A DNA stretch of 64,000 bases from an uncultured Pseudomonadales bacterium (GTDB taxonomy: Bacteria > Patescibacteriota > Microgenomatia > UBA1400 > UBA12028): positions 231,671 to 295,670 of the forward strand of contig CAZDWN010000002.1 of NCBI GenBank assembly GCA_964509365.1, read 5' to 3'. Positions within the stretch are counted from its first letter, which is position 1. Every line of letters begins with the position of its first letter. The position numbers and the translations under genes are program-made. Shown in pieces: positions 38,587-46,900 of this stretch. Below the pieces are notes generated by a model. The model did not search any database and was not told the origin of the DNA. It was given only the letters and a program-made list of their open reading frames with translations.

Positions 38587-39252
38587 ATGTGCGGTGCATT
38601 TGGACTGGAATATATTTTTGATATCGGACTCGCTGAGCGATACTCCTTTACATCTTCAGAAAAAATGCTCGCCGACATCGAAGCATTTCGTTTTAATCCT
38701 CATAGTGAGATCCCCACGGTCTCCCGAAATAGCCCAAATAAGCTGGTGATGCGGTACTGGTCGATCATCCCTCCATGGATCCAGGACCCAAAGGATCTCA
38801 AATATCCTACGTTCAATGCGCGATCTGAAACCCTTCGCGAGAAACCCACCTACAAGCCAGCTTGGGACAAAGGTCAGCGATGCCTCATTATCGCCACACA
38901 ATTTTACGAGTGGCATCGAGTGTACGACAAAACCGGGAAAAAAGTGCTCCAGCGTACTCCCTACACATTTCGGGTACGCGGTGAAAAAACATTTGCGATG
39001 GCTGGACTTTGGTCGACGTGGAAAGACTTTGAATGTACGACCGTGATCACGACCGAAGCCAACAAAGAAATGGCACCAATTCACGATCGATCACCGGTGA
39101 TCTTGACGAAAGAGCAAGAAGAGGTGTGGCTTTCGCACGAGACTTTGCTTGATGATGCATATGCGCTTCTTAAACCTCCAAAAGATGGGACGCTTGAGCT
39201 ATGTGAAGGATTGCAGTCCTCCCCTTGCAACCCGTCTACGACACAGGGATAA
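38587..39252 (+). CDS. SOS-response-associated peptidase (SRAP/YedK/HMCES family, abasic-site processing)
   Basis: Begins MCGAF, so the catalytic Cys is at position 2. The SRAP fold length fits. Confidence 0.7.
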   Translation: MCGAFGLEYIFDIGLAERYSFTSSEKMLADIEAFRFNPHSEIPTVSRNSPNKLVMRYWSIIPPWIQDPKDLKYPTFNARSETLREKPTYKPAWDKGQRCLIIATQFYEWHRVYDKTGKKVLQRTPYTFRVRGEKTFAMAGLWSTWKDFECTTVITTEANKEMAPIHDRSPVILTKEQEEVWLSHETLLDDAYALLKPPKDGTLELCEGLQSSPCNPSTTQG

Positions 39253-39261
39253 TCAATCTCT

Positions 39262-39840
39262 ATGGAACCTACCTTGACTCGCCGCATTGGTGCATTCTTC
39301 CTTGACATGATTGAGACTATCGTCATTGCGCTTTCGATTTTCTTAGTCATCTACTTGTTTTTGATGCAGCCGCACCAAGTCTCCGGACTTTCCATGTTCC
39401 CAAACTTTCACGATAAAGAATATATTTTGACCGATAAAGTGAGTTACAAATTGGGAGATCCCAAGCGAGGAGATGTCGTGGTCTTTCATGCACCTGCTGC
39501 CGCAAACTGTCCGCAAGGGACTGGCTGCGACTTCATCAAGCGAGTGATCGCCGTGCCTGGAGAAACGATCGAACTTCGTGATCATGTCTACTATGTAAAT
39601 GGTCAGCCGCTTGCAGAGCCGTACATCCCACCAGAAAATGTCACCAACCCGGGACCATACATCGAAGGACGCGTGGTGACACTTGGTCCTGACGAATACT
39701 TTGTCTCAGGCGACAATCGACCTCACAGTAGTGACAGCCGCGTGTGGGGACCGATCGGCAAAGAGGAGATTGTGGGTCGCGGATTCTTCCGCTACTGGCC
39801 AGCAGATCGCATCGGCTTCCTGCCAAAAGTCTCGTATTAA
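39262..39840 (+). CDS. lepB: signal peptidase I (S26)
   Basis: SGLSMFPN Ser box, GDNRPHSSDSR box E, N-terminal TM anchor. Confidence 0.85.
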   Translation: MEPTLTRRIGAFFLDMIETIVIALSIFLVIYLFLMQPHQVSGLSMFPNFHDKEYILTDKVSYKLGDPKRGDVVVFHAPAAANCPQGTGCDFIKRVIAVPGETIELRDHVYYVNGQPLAEPYIPPENVTNPGPYIEGRVVTLGPDEYFVSGDNRPHSSDSRVWGPIGKEEIVGRGFFRYWPADRIGFLPKVSY

Positions 39841-39927
39841 TCAAAAATTTCTCACTTTGCATTGTCATCCTGGTTTATCCAGGATCGATCTCTGTTTGGA
39901 ATGATTCCGGACGTGCCGGAATGACGG

Positions 39928-40839
39928 CTATGACTCACCAATGACGATTTCCGTGGTTTGGAATGAGTCCAATGTATAGGTTGGACGATTTGGATCTTCC
40001 GGTGGCAAAGGACCTTCAGTCATTTGCAAGATCTTATTCACGTATCGCTTCGTCTCGTGAGGACTTCCTTTGAAAATAAACTCAAGTTTCGTCAATTGTC
40101 GTGATTGATGCACTTTGATCTTCGAAGAATCTCCAAAATACTTTTGTAGTTTGTCCTGCCATTCATCAAGTTCTTCCGAGACCATGTATGGTGAAAAGCC
40201 TATCATTTTTGGAAGTGGTTGATCGGTTTTGGCTTTGACACGACGAGCAATTTCCTCCGTTCGACGGACCGATGCATCTTCTTTTAATACTTGCTTGTAC
40301 GCTTCCACCAATGCTTTGGGATCTTCGATCGAACTTAACGCTCTGGCGTGCCCTTCGGTAATTGCGCCGGAGAGCAATCCATCTTTGAGCGCATCCGGCA
40401 TCGCCAGTAGTCTCATCGTATTTGAGACATACGACTGCGATTTACTCAGTCGATCTGCTATCTGCCCTACGGTGAGATGAAAGTCGTCCATGAGTCGTTT
40501 GAAGGCGTTGGCACGGTCGAGAGGGGGAAGATCGACGCGTTGTACGTTTTCAATGATTGCCATTTCGAGCATTCCTTTTGGTGAAGTCTCTTTGACGATA
40601 CATGGCACTTCTGCAAGGCCAGCCATTTTTGCAGCTCGCCAACGACGCTCGCCCGCGACGATTTGATATCCCGCTGGAGTATGAGCCACGACAAGCGGCT
40701 CCAAGACACCATGAGCTCGGATCGAGTCTGAGAGTTCCTGGACTTCGAGCTCGTCAAATGCGCCACGTGGCTGCAGTGGGTTTGGTTGTAAGAAATCAAG
40801 CGCAATGTAGGTAATTTTTGAATTTTGTGAGTCAGGCAT
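39928..40839 (-). CDS. parB: ParB/Spo0J family partition protein (start at the Met preceded by AAAGGAG)
   Basis: ParB box GERRWRAA and a helix-turn-helix region. Confidence 0.8.
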   Translation of the reverse strand: MPDSQNSKITYIALDFLQPNPLQPRGAFDELEVQELSDSIRAHGVLEPLVVAHTPAGYQIVAGERRWRAAKMAGLAEVPCIVKETSPKGMLEMAIIENVQRVDLPPLDRANAFKRLMDDFHLTVGQIADRLSKSQSYVSNTMRLLAMPDALKDGLLSGAITEGHARALSSIEDPKALVEAYKQVLKEDASVRRTEEIARRVKAKTDQPLPKMIGFSPYMVSEELDEWQDKLQKYFGDSSKIKVHQSRQLTKLEFIFKGSPHETKRYVNKILQMTEGPLPPEDPNRPTYTLDSFQTTEIVIGES

Positions 40840-40934
40840 ACGGCTCCTTTCATGTCGCTTCAGATCCTTACTGTAATCCGAAGGCATTCCCGTGTAAAGA
40901 GTGAAATAAACAAGCCTGCCCCGTAAATACATTC

Positions 40935-41645
40935 GTGTTGTACGGGGGTACAATAGAACCTATGCACACTGCCGATATCCAAGGGCTTCATTTCACCTAT
41001 CCAGACCAACTCGAGTTTGAGACGTTGGTGGAAGAGGCGTTCAAAAAACATAGTTACTATGTGGATCTCGATACGCAGACGCCGACGATCATCGATGCAG
41101 GCGCAAATATTGGCACCAGTGCGTTGTACTTTCACAAGCTCTATCCAAAAGCCAAGATCATCAGTATCGAGCCCAACCCCCGAAACTTAGAGTACTTAAA
41201 GCAAAATCTCAATGACAATGACATCACCAATGTGACGATCGTACCGAAGGCACTGGTGGGAAAAGATGGTGAGCCGACAGTAACCTTGTATGTGCATCCT
41301 CGATGGGGAGTATTTTCAAGTCTCAAAGCCAAAGGCTGGTCACAGGATCAAGAAATGACTCCAGTCGAAGTCGAAACAGTCAAACTTTCGCAACTCATTA
41401 CTGGACCAGTGGATATTCTCAAAGTCGATATCGAAGGAGCGGAAGAAGAAGTTTTAAGAGAAGCCAAAGATAGTCTTCGCTTTGTCTCGCATCTCTTGCT
41501 TGAGTATCATGAGACGCGAAAAGGCCAAGTCGAGCACATGCAGCGCTTCCTGGCAGACCAGTTCAAAGAGATTACGGTGACGAAAGATGAGCGAAAAGAA
41601 AAGAATCGTGAGCACCAGCTCTACCTAATCGAAGCGAACAAATAA
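40935..41645 (+). CDS. FkbM family methyltransferase (start possibly at 40962)
   Basis: IIDAGANIGTSALYF motif. Confidence 0.6.
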   Translation: MLYGGTIEPMHTADIQGLHFTYPDQLEFETLVEEAFKKHSYYVDLDTQTPTIIDAGANIGTSALYFHKLYPKAKIISIEPNPRNLEYLKQNLNDNDITNVTIVPKALVGKDGEPTVTLYVHPRWGVFSSLKAKGWSQDQEMTPVEVETVKLSQLITGPVDILKVDIEGAEEEVLREAKDSLRFVSHLLLEYHETRKGQVEHMQRFLADQFKEITVTKDERKEKNREHQLYLIEANK

Positions 41646-41652
41646 TTTTCGA

Positions 41653-41841
41653 TCACTTCGTCGCCCAATATATTTTAGGTAGCCAGTAGAAGATGAATAT
41701 GCCCATAAATGCACAGAACAGGAGTACTGCCACTAAAATAGCGAGTAGCCATTTTCTGTTGCGTGAATAAAAAGTGCTCTTTTGAAGTTCCTCTGTCAGT
41801 TTTTGTTGATCAGCCAAAAGCTCATCGAGGGGATCAGACAT
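41653..41841 (-). CDS. small membrane protein (62 aa)
   Basis: Single C-terminal TM helix. Sits downstream of rpmA. Confidence 0.3.
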   Translation of the reverse strand: MSDPLDELLADQQKLTEELQKSTFYSRNRKWLLAILVAVLLFCAFMGIFIFYWLPKIYWATK

Positions 41842-41850
41842 AAAGAAATA

Positions 41851-42096
41851 TTATTTGACGTTGATGACGGTGCGGCCGAACTTTTTAGAAAAAGTGACGA
41901 CGCCTTTGATCATGGCGAAGATCGTATGATCTCGTCCGACGCCGACGCCAGTACCTGGTTTGTAAGTCGTCCCACGTTGGCGGACGATCAATTGACCGAC
42001 ATCGATGACTTGTCCACCTGACTTCTTCAAGCCCAAGCGCTTGCCTCGACGTTGATGATGTTGTCTGGTAGATCCACCGGCTTTGACGTGTGACAT
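41851..42096 (-). CDS. rpmA: 50S ribosomal protein L27
   Basis: MSHVKAGGSTRQ...GRDHT, typical of bL27. Confidence 0.9.
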   Translation of the reverse strand: MSHVKAGGSTRQHHQRRGKRLGLKKSGGQVIDVGQLIVRQRGTTYKPGTGVGVGRDHTIFAMIKGVVTFSKKFGRTVINVK

Positions 42097-42122
42097 ACAA
42101 AATAGCTGTTAGTTATTAGCTG

Positions 42123-43280
42123 TTAGCTTTTAGTTTTAAGTTGAAAGACAAAAACTTCGCGTTTTGTCGTCGCATCTGGTCTATCATAGATGAGGCCAGA
42201 GAATACACTATTGTATCCGTAGGCCTCGAGTCTGTCAACCAGAGGTGCGAGGGTATACACGGTCTTTTTGATCTCGATTCGTGGAAGTGCAATAGCGATT
42301 CTACTTCCCGGCTCCATGACGGTCGCCAATTGTTTGAACGCTCCGAGGTACAGCTTTTCTAGTCCTTTAAAGATATTTGGGACTGCACCTGGCTTTGGCT
42401 TCAATGCTCCCAAGTATCCTTCCGCGGCGACGCCGTGTACTTTTCCACCGATCATTTCTGGTTTTAGATGGGCGACGTCACTCGTGGCGACTGCAAATTG
42501 ACTCGTCAACTTGTATTGCCCGATGAGCCACTCAGCATTTTTCTGTGTTTGGCCGACCGCTTCGACACGTAGATCGGTACCTACTCCAGTATACCCAAGC
42601 ATCATGGCTTCCATGACCACGGTACCCGTTCCGCAAAATGGATCCAAAAGTCGTTTCCCTTCACCACCTTGTGGCAAAGCGAGGTTGACGAGGATTCTGG
42701 CAATTTTTGGAGGGAGCATGCCGTGTTGGCGATCTGCGGCTGGCTTCATGCGATCGCGGACTGTCCAGTCATCGATATTTTGGATGGCTATGGTGTATCC
42801 GATGTAGGTGACTGCTTTTTCGCGGACGATGACGCATTCCTCGACATTTTGATGGAGGAGGACACTCGCTCCGAGTCCGGCGCGTGTCCCTTCGACAAAT
42901 CGCACGGTATATCCGGTATCTTTGAGAGCTTCTTTGATACGGTAGTGGTCCACGGCTTTGAGAGTATCTCTCCCGATCTCAGCCAGTCCAAACCAGATTT
43001 TCTGTTTTTCTTTGCCAAGTTTCTCAAGAATTGTGACACATTTGGTTTCCAATTCTTCAGTCGATGGCTCACTTAAGGTCTCTTCGATCACTGAAATCTT
43101 TAAAGTACCCCCGAGGATTGCCTGCAACTGCGTCGCTTCTACTAGCGAGAGGTTGGCGACTTTGATGATGGTCGGCGTGATGGTCTCGATGGTCGCTTCA
43201 TTGTAGCGAGCATGCAAGACCGTCTCGAGCTCTGCAAAAGCAAGCTCGTGAGTACGGCCAATGAAGAATAAAAATTCCAT
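42123..43280 (-). CDS. THUMP-domain SAM-dependent RNA (m2G-type) methyltransferase (RlmL/Trm14-like)
   Basis: LLDPFCGTGT motif I and an N-terminal THUMP-like region. Located between rplU and rpmA. Confidence 0.65.
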   Translation of the reverse strand: MEFLFFIGRTHELAFAELETVLHARYNEATIETITPTIIKVANLSLVEATQLQAILGGTLKISVIEETLSEPSTEELETKCVTILEKLGKEKQKIWFGLAEIGRDTLKAVDHYRIKEALKDTGYTVRFVEGTRAGLGASVLLHQNVEECVIVREKAVTYIGYTIAIQNIDDWTVRDRMKPAADRQHGMLPPKIARILVNLALPQGGEGKRLLDPFCGTGTVVMEAMMLGYTGVGTDLRVEAVGQTQKNAEWLIGQYKLTSQFAVATSDVAHLKPEMIGGKVHGVAAEGYLGALKPKPGAVPNIFKGLEKLYLGAFKQLATVMEPGSRIAIALPRIEIKKTVYTLAPLVDRLEAYGYNSVFSGLIYDRPDATTKREVFVFQLKTKS

Positions 43281-43334
43281 ATATCTAAGGGTAAAAGGGA
43301 AAGGACAAAGGGTAAAGTAGGAACCCTGCTCGCT

Positions 43335-43649
43335 TTAGGCTTTTATCGAAACAATTTCCACGGTCGTTAATGGCTGTCGGTGTCCTCGCACTTTGTGCTG
43401 GCGTGACTTGGCCTTAAATGTCGCGACGCGGATCTTCTCTCCTTTGTTGTGGGTGATCACTTTCGCCTGGACAGTCGCACCGGTGACGAGTGGAGCACCG
43501 ATACTTCGGGTCTCTCCATCGACGACGAGTAAGACGTCTGGGATAGTAATAACATCATTTTCAGCGGCTTCGAGACGGTTCACCTCGAGTGTTTCACCGA
43601 CGGTGACGACGTGTTGCTTGCCACCAAGGGAAATAACTGCGTAGTTCAT
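43335..43649 (-). CDS. rplU: 50S ribosomal protein L21
   Basis: MNYAVISLGGKQHVV..., typical of bL21. The start was chosen at the internal Met. Confidence 0.85.
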   Translation of the reverse strand: MNYAVISLGGKQHVVTVGETLEVNRLEAAENDVITIPDVLLVVDGETRSIGAPLVTGATVQAKVITHNKGEKIRVATFKAKSRQHKVRGHRQPLTTVEIVSIKA

Positions 43650-43711
43650 ACTGCTTCCTTTCAAAATCTTTCGAGTGTGTAGTATATCAGGAGATCCCCA
43701 AGAGTGCAAAG

Positions 43712-44785
43712 CTAGGTAAGAAAGCCTATATTGAGGTCCGGATAGATGTGTCGGACGCCTCGATGGAATCGGATTGCCATCGCCAAAAAGATGGCTAAGG
43801 AGACAAAAGAGCTCCCTCCCGAAGACAAAAATGGCAATGGGATGCCAGTCACCGGAGCAAGTCCGATATTCATAAATACATGGACAAATGTCTGGAACGC
43901 GAGCGCGCTGATGAGCGAGAATCGTAAGACTTGGTCAAATGCTCCCAAAAGTTGAATGTTCCAGAGGAGGACTGAAAATAGCGTCGCATAAATTGCGAGC
44001 AGCAAAAGGACTCCGACGAAGCCTGTCTCTTCGGCATAGGAAGCAAAGAAAAAGTCAGTATGATGCTCCGGAAGAAATCGCAGGTTTGTCTGCACGCCAT
44101 GCCCGATGCCACGTCCCCAAAACTTCCCAGATCCGACAGTGATGATCGCTTGATCGGCATTGTATCCGCTTCCCTGCTGGTCACTTGTGCCCACAAATGA
44201 GAAGAGTCGCTGTTTTTGATACGGATAGAGGACAAAATTCCATGCGACGACTGAGAGCAAGACGCCGAGCACGACCCAGGGGATGAGCAAGGTCAGTTTC
44301 GAGATTGAATACAGACAGACACCTGCCGCGATGGCTGCGAGCACGAGACTACTGCCAAGATCGGGCTGCAAGAGGACCATGCCGGCATACAGCCCTGCGA
44401 GCGCAAAGTATCCCAGCAACTGCCTGTGTGATTTGAGTCCATAGCGAGTGACATAGGTACATAGCGTGAGGGCGAGCACTGGTTTGGCGATCTCTGAGAC
44501 TTGGATGCGGACTGGACCGATCGAAAACCATCTCGATGCGCCTTTCGCTGTATACCCGATCACCAGCGTGAAGAGCAGCATGATCGCAACGATGAGATAC
44601 ATGGGGATCACCGAGAGCCGGAACAATCGTCGCGGGACATACTGGATGGCGACATACACGATCAGTCCCATGGCGGCAAAGAGCAATTGACCGTTGGCTT
44701 CCTTTGGAGAGACGCTCCAGAGCATGAGAGACGAGATTCCACCCAAGAGGGCGAGCAAAAAACCGATGAATATGCGTCTATCCAT
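43712..44785 (-). CDS. SEDS family protein (RodA/FtsW-like peptidoglycan glycosyltransferase)
   Basis: Polytopic, with SEDS conserved motifs (…GSGKFWGRGIGHGVQ…). Confidence 0.8.
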   Translation of the reverse strand: MDRRIFIGFLLALLGGISSLMLWSVSPKEANGQLLFAAMGLIVYVAIQYVPRRLFRLSVIPMYLIVAIMLLFTLVIGYTAKGASRWFSIGPVRIQVSEIAKPVLALTLCTYVTRYGLKSHRQLLGYFALAGLYAGMVLLQPDLGSSLVLAAIAAGVCLYSISKLTLLIPWVVLGVLLSVVAWNFVLYPYQKQRLFSFVGTSDQQGSGYNADQAIITVGSGKFWGRGIGHGVQTNLRFLPEHHTDFFFASYAEETGFVGVLLLLAIYATLFSVLLWNIQLLGAFDQVLRFSLISALAFQTFVHVFMNIGLAPVTGIPLPFLSSGGSSFVSLAIFLAMAIRFHRGVRHIYPDLNIGFLT

Positions 44786-44807
44786 AGGCTACTGATAGTA
44801 GCAGCCT

Positions 44808-45179
44808 TTACTTCTGGATTATAGAGAGAAAGTTACCGTCTGGATCTTTAAACCAAGCGATGACTGGCTTGCCGCGAGCGATTCCTTTTTCATCAGTCTT
44901 CATCCATTCAGTATCATACTGCTCAAAGGTGACGCCTTTTGAGATGAGTTCATCGACTGTCTCATCGATATTATCGACTGGAAAGTTGAGGACAGTATAG
45001 GTCGCTGGTTCATGATTTGGTTTTGGATAGATGAAGACGTGGGCTCCAGTGGAAAAATGAAGTTCAAGCCCTTCTGGTTGCTCTTTGACATCGAGGCCGA
45101 GTGTATCCTTGTAAAAGGTTTTCGCCTTGGCGATATCTTTGACAGAGAAGCCGGAGAAAGCAGGAGAATTTTGTAGCAT
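44808..45179 (-). CDS. VOC/glyoxalase family protein
   Basis: Small beta-alpha-beta-beta-beta protein with a glyoxalase-like sequence. AAGGAGG ribosome-binding site. Confidence 0.6.
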   Translation of the reverse strand: MLQNSPAFSGFSVKDIAKAKTFYKDTLGLDVKEQPEGLELHFSTGAHVFIYPKPNHEPATYTVLNFPVDNIDETVDELISKGVTFEQYDTEWMKTDEKGIARGKPVIAWFKDPDGNFLSIIQK

Positions 45180-45212
45180 ATCTATTTAGTATACCTCCTT
45201 AACTAATTTAAT

Positions 45213-45284
45213 GTCATCCTGAGCAGCCAAGCCTGCCTACCGGCAGGCAGGTGTATTCACTTGGCGGTCGAATGGATAGTTTTC
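45213..45284. repeat. Structured repeat element copy A: GTCATCCTGAGC, a hairpin with a TACC loop, then GGTCGAATGGATAGTTTTC
   Basis: Shares both termini with copies B and C. The nested inverted repeat is AGCCAAG-GCCTGCC-tacc-GGCAGGC-...-CTTGGC. Confidence 0.7.
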
Positions 45285-45847
45285 TCTGTAATTTCTGAAG
45301 CTTTCATATTTTCATGATCATTTTTGTGATCACGAATGTAAAACTCTTTGGTCATCAAACGTTTGAAGTCTGATACGCGCGATACAAACTCAGTTTGATT
45401 GAGATGATCGAGTTCGTGTTGGATGACCCGAGCAAGGATCCCATCGCAGGTCAATTGAAATTTGCCTCCATTCTCATCGCATGCTTCGACTGTAATTTTC
45501 TGTGACCGCTTCACTGGACCAAATATTTGAGCATTGCTGACACTCCCACAACCTTCGAAGATGACGTTTTTCTTCGTTGACGATTGTACAATTTTTGGAT
45601 TGATATACACCCTGAAGATATCACTTTGGTTTTTGGGTCGGGATTCAGTCTCCCTTGGTTCAGTCACAAAGATCTGGTAGTTTTCGCCGATTTGTGGAGC
45701 TGCCATGCCGACAAGCTCTTCTTTGATCATCGTATCGCGAAGATCAGCGATCACATGCTGGATTTTCGGATCATGAAAATCAGTCACCTGTTTATTTTCT
45801 GCGTGTAACTTTGGATCCCCGATTTGGACAGTTTGACGAATGGACAT
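45257..45847 (-). CDS. def: peptide deformylase (the C-terminal 10 codons are encoded by repeat copy A)
   Basis: GMAAPQIG, EGCGS and HELDH motifs. Confidence 0.85.
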   Translation of the reverse strand: MSIRQTVQIGDPKLHAENKQVTDFHDPKIQHVIADLRDTMIKEELVGMAAPQIGENYQIFVTEPRETESRPKNQSDIFRVYINPKIVQSSTKKNVIFEGCGSVSNAQIFGPVKRSQKITVEACDENGGKFQLTCDGILARVIQHELDHLNQTEFVSRVSDFKRLMTKEFYIRDHKNDHENMKASEITEKTIHSTAK

Positions 45848-45848
45848 A

Positions 45849-46490
45849 TTATTTAAATCCGTGCTCAAATATTGCTTCGGCTAATTTCTGGTGCCCAGCA
45901 CTATTCCAGTGCACACCATCTACATCACTTGATTCGACTAGGATTGCAGCGTCAATAAAGCTGCAGTTCTCTACTCTTTGCGACATCGGTTCGTACAGTT
46001 GAGCCAATTTTTCGGACTTCTCTTTCGCACCCGCATAGAGTTCAGGCCGTACCTCTTTTACAATTGGAGGAGAAATGAGAATAATTTTTGGCTTTGGTAG
46101 AGCGACATTTGCACAAAACGCATCGACTTTCTGAATCAACTGTTCCATGCCTTTTCCAATTTGCTCTGCAGAGCGGTTGTACTTAGTCTTCATATCATTC
46201 GTTCCAAGCATGATGATGAGCACATCGATGGGATTATGTGTCTCAAGAATTGGCATAAACAGCTTAAGTCCATTTCGCATTGGTTTTGATTGGTCGGGAT
46301 CATCGAGGTCAATCGTTCGGCTATTGAGTCCTTCCTCGATAATCTCATAGGCGGTACCTAGCTGTTCTTGAAGGATGCCAGTCCAGCGCACTGAAAGTGG
46401 ATACCGTTCGGTCTTTGAACCAGGAATTTTTCCCCATGTGTTTGAGTCGCCAAAACAAAGTACTCGCTTCGCGTTCACATTTGTATTCAT
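45849..46490 (-). CDS. SGNH/GDSL hydrolase
   Basis: FGDSNT block I and GTND block. Confidence 0.7.
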   Translation of the reverse strand: MNTNVNAKRVLCFGDSNTWGKIPGSKTERYPLSVRWTGILQEQLGTAYEIIEEGLNSRTIDLDDPDQSKPMRNGLKLFMPILETHNPIDVLIIMLGTNDMKTKYNRSAEQIGKGMEQLIQKVDAFCANVALPKPKIILISPPIVKEVRPELYAGAKEKSEKLAQLYEPMSQRVENCSFIDAAILVESSDVDGVHWNSAGHQKLAEAIFEHGFK

Positions 46491-46525
46491 GGCAGAAGTA
46501 TAGCAAAGCGAATATACTTATTTTT

Positions 46526-46900
46526 ATGAGAAAAATACTCAGACAAATTACTTCGCATTTGCATTTTCATATCACAGGTGTCCATCCGCCTGACGGATTT
46601 ATACCTGCTTTGGAGACGCTACTGTTACTTCTCGCATCTGGCACGATGTTTTACTCACATTTTGAAGGCTGGTCGTACTTTGATTCGTTTTACTTTACGG
46701 TCGTCACGATCACGACAGTCGGGTATGGTGACTTGCATCCTACGTCGACTCTTTCCAAGAGCTTTACCATGCTACTGATCTTCATGGGAGTGGGGTTGGG
46801 CTTGTACGTGATCACTACCTTCGCTGAGAGTGTCCGTAATGGACGTGAGCGAAGACTCGAACGATTGGAATCACTTCTCAAAAAAACCACTGCTATTTAG
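46526..46900 (+). CDS. minimal two-TM K+ channel (pore signature TVGYGD)
   Basis: TTVGYGD selectivity filter flanked by two hydrophobic helices. Confidence 0.65.
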   Translation: MRKILRQITSHLHFHITGVHPPDGFIPALETLLLLLASGTMFYSHFEGWSYFDSFYFTVVTITTVGYGDLHPTSTLSKSFTMLLIFMGVGLGLYVITTFAESVRNGRERRLERLESLLKKTTAI

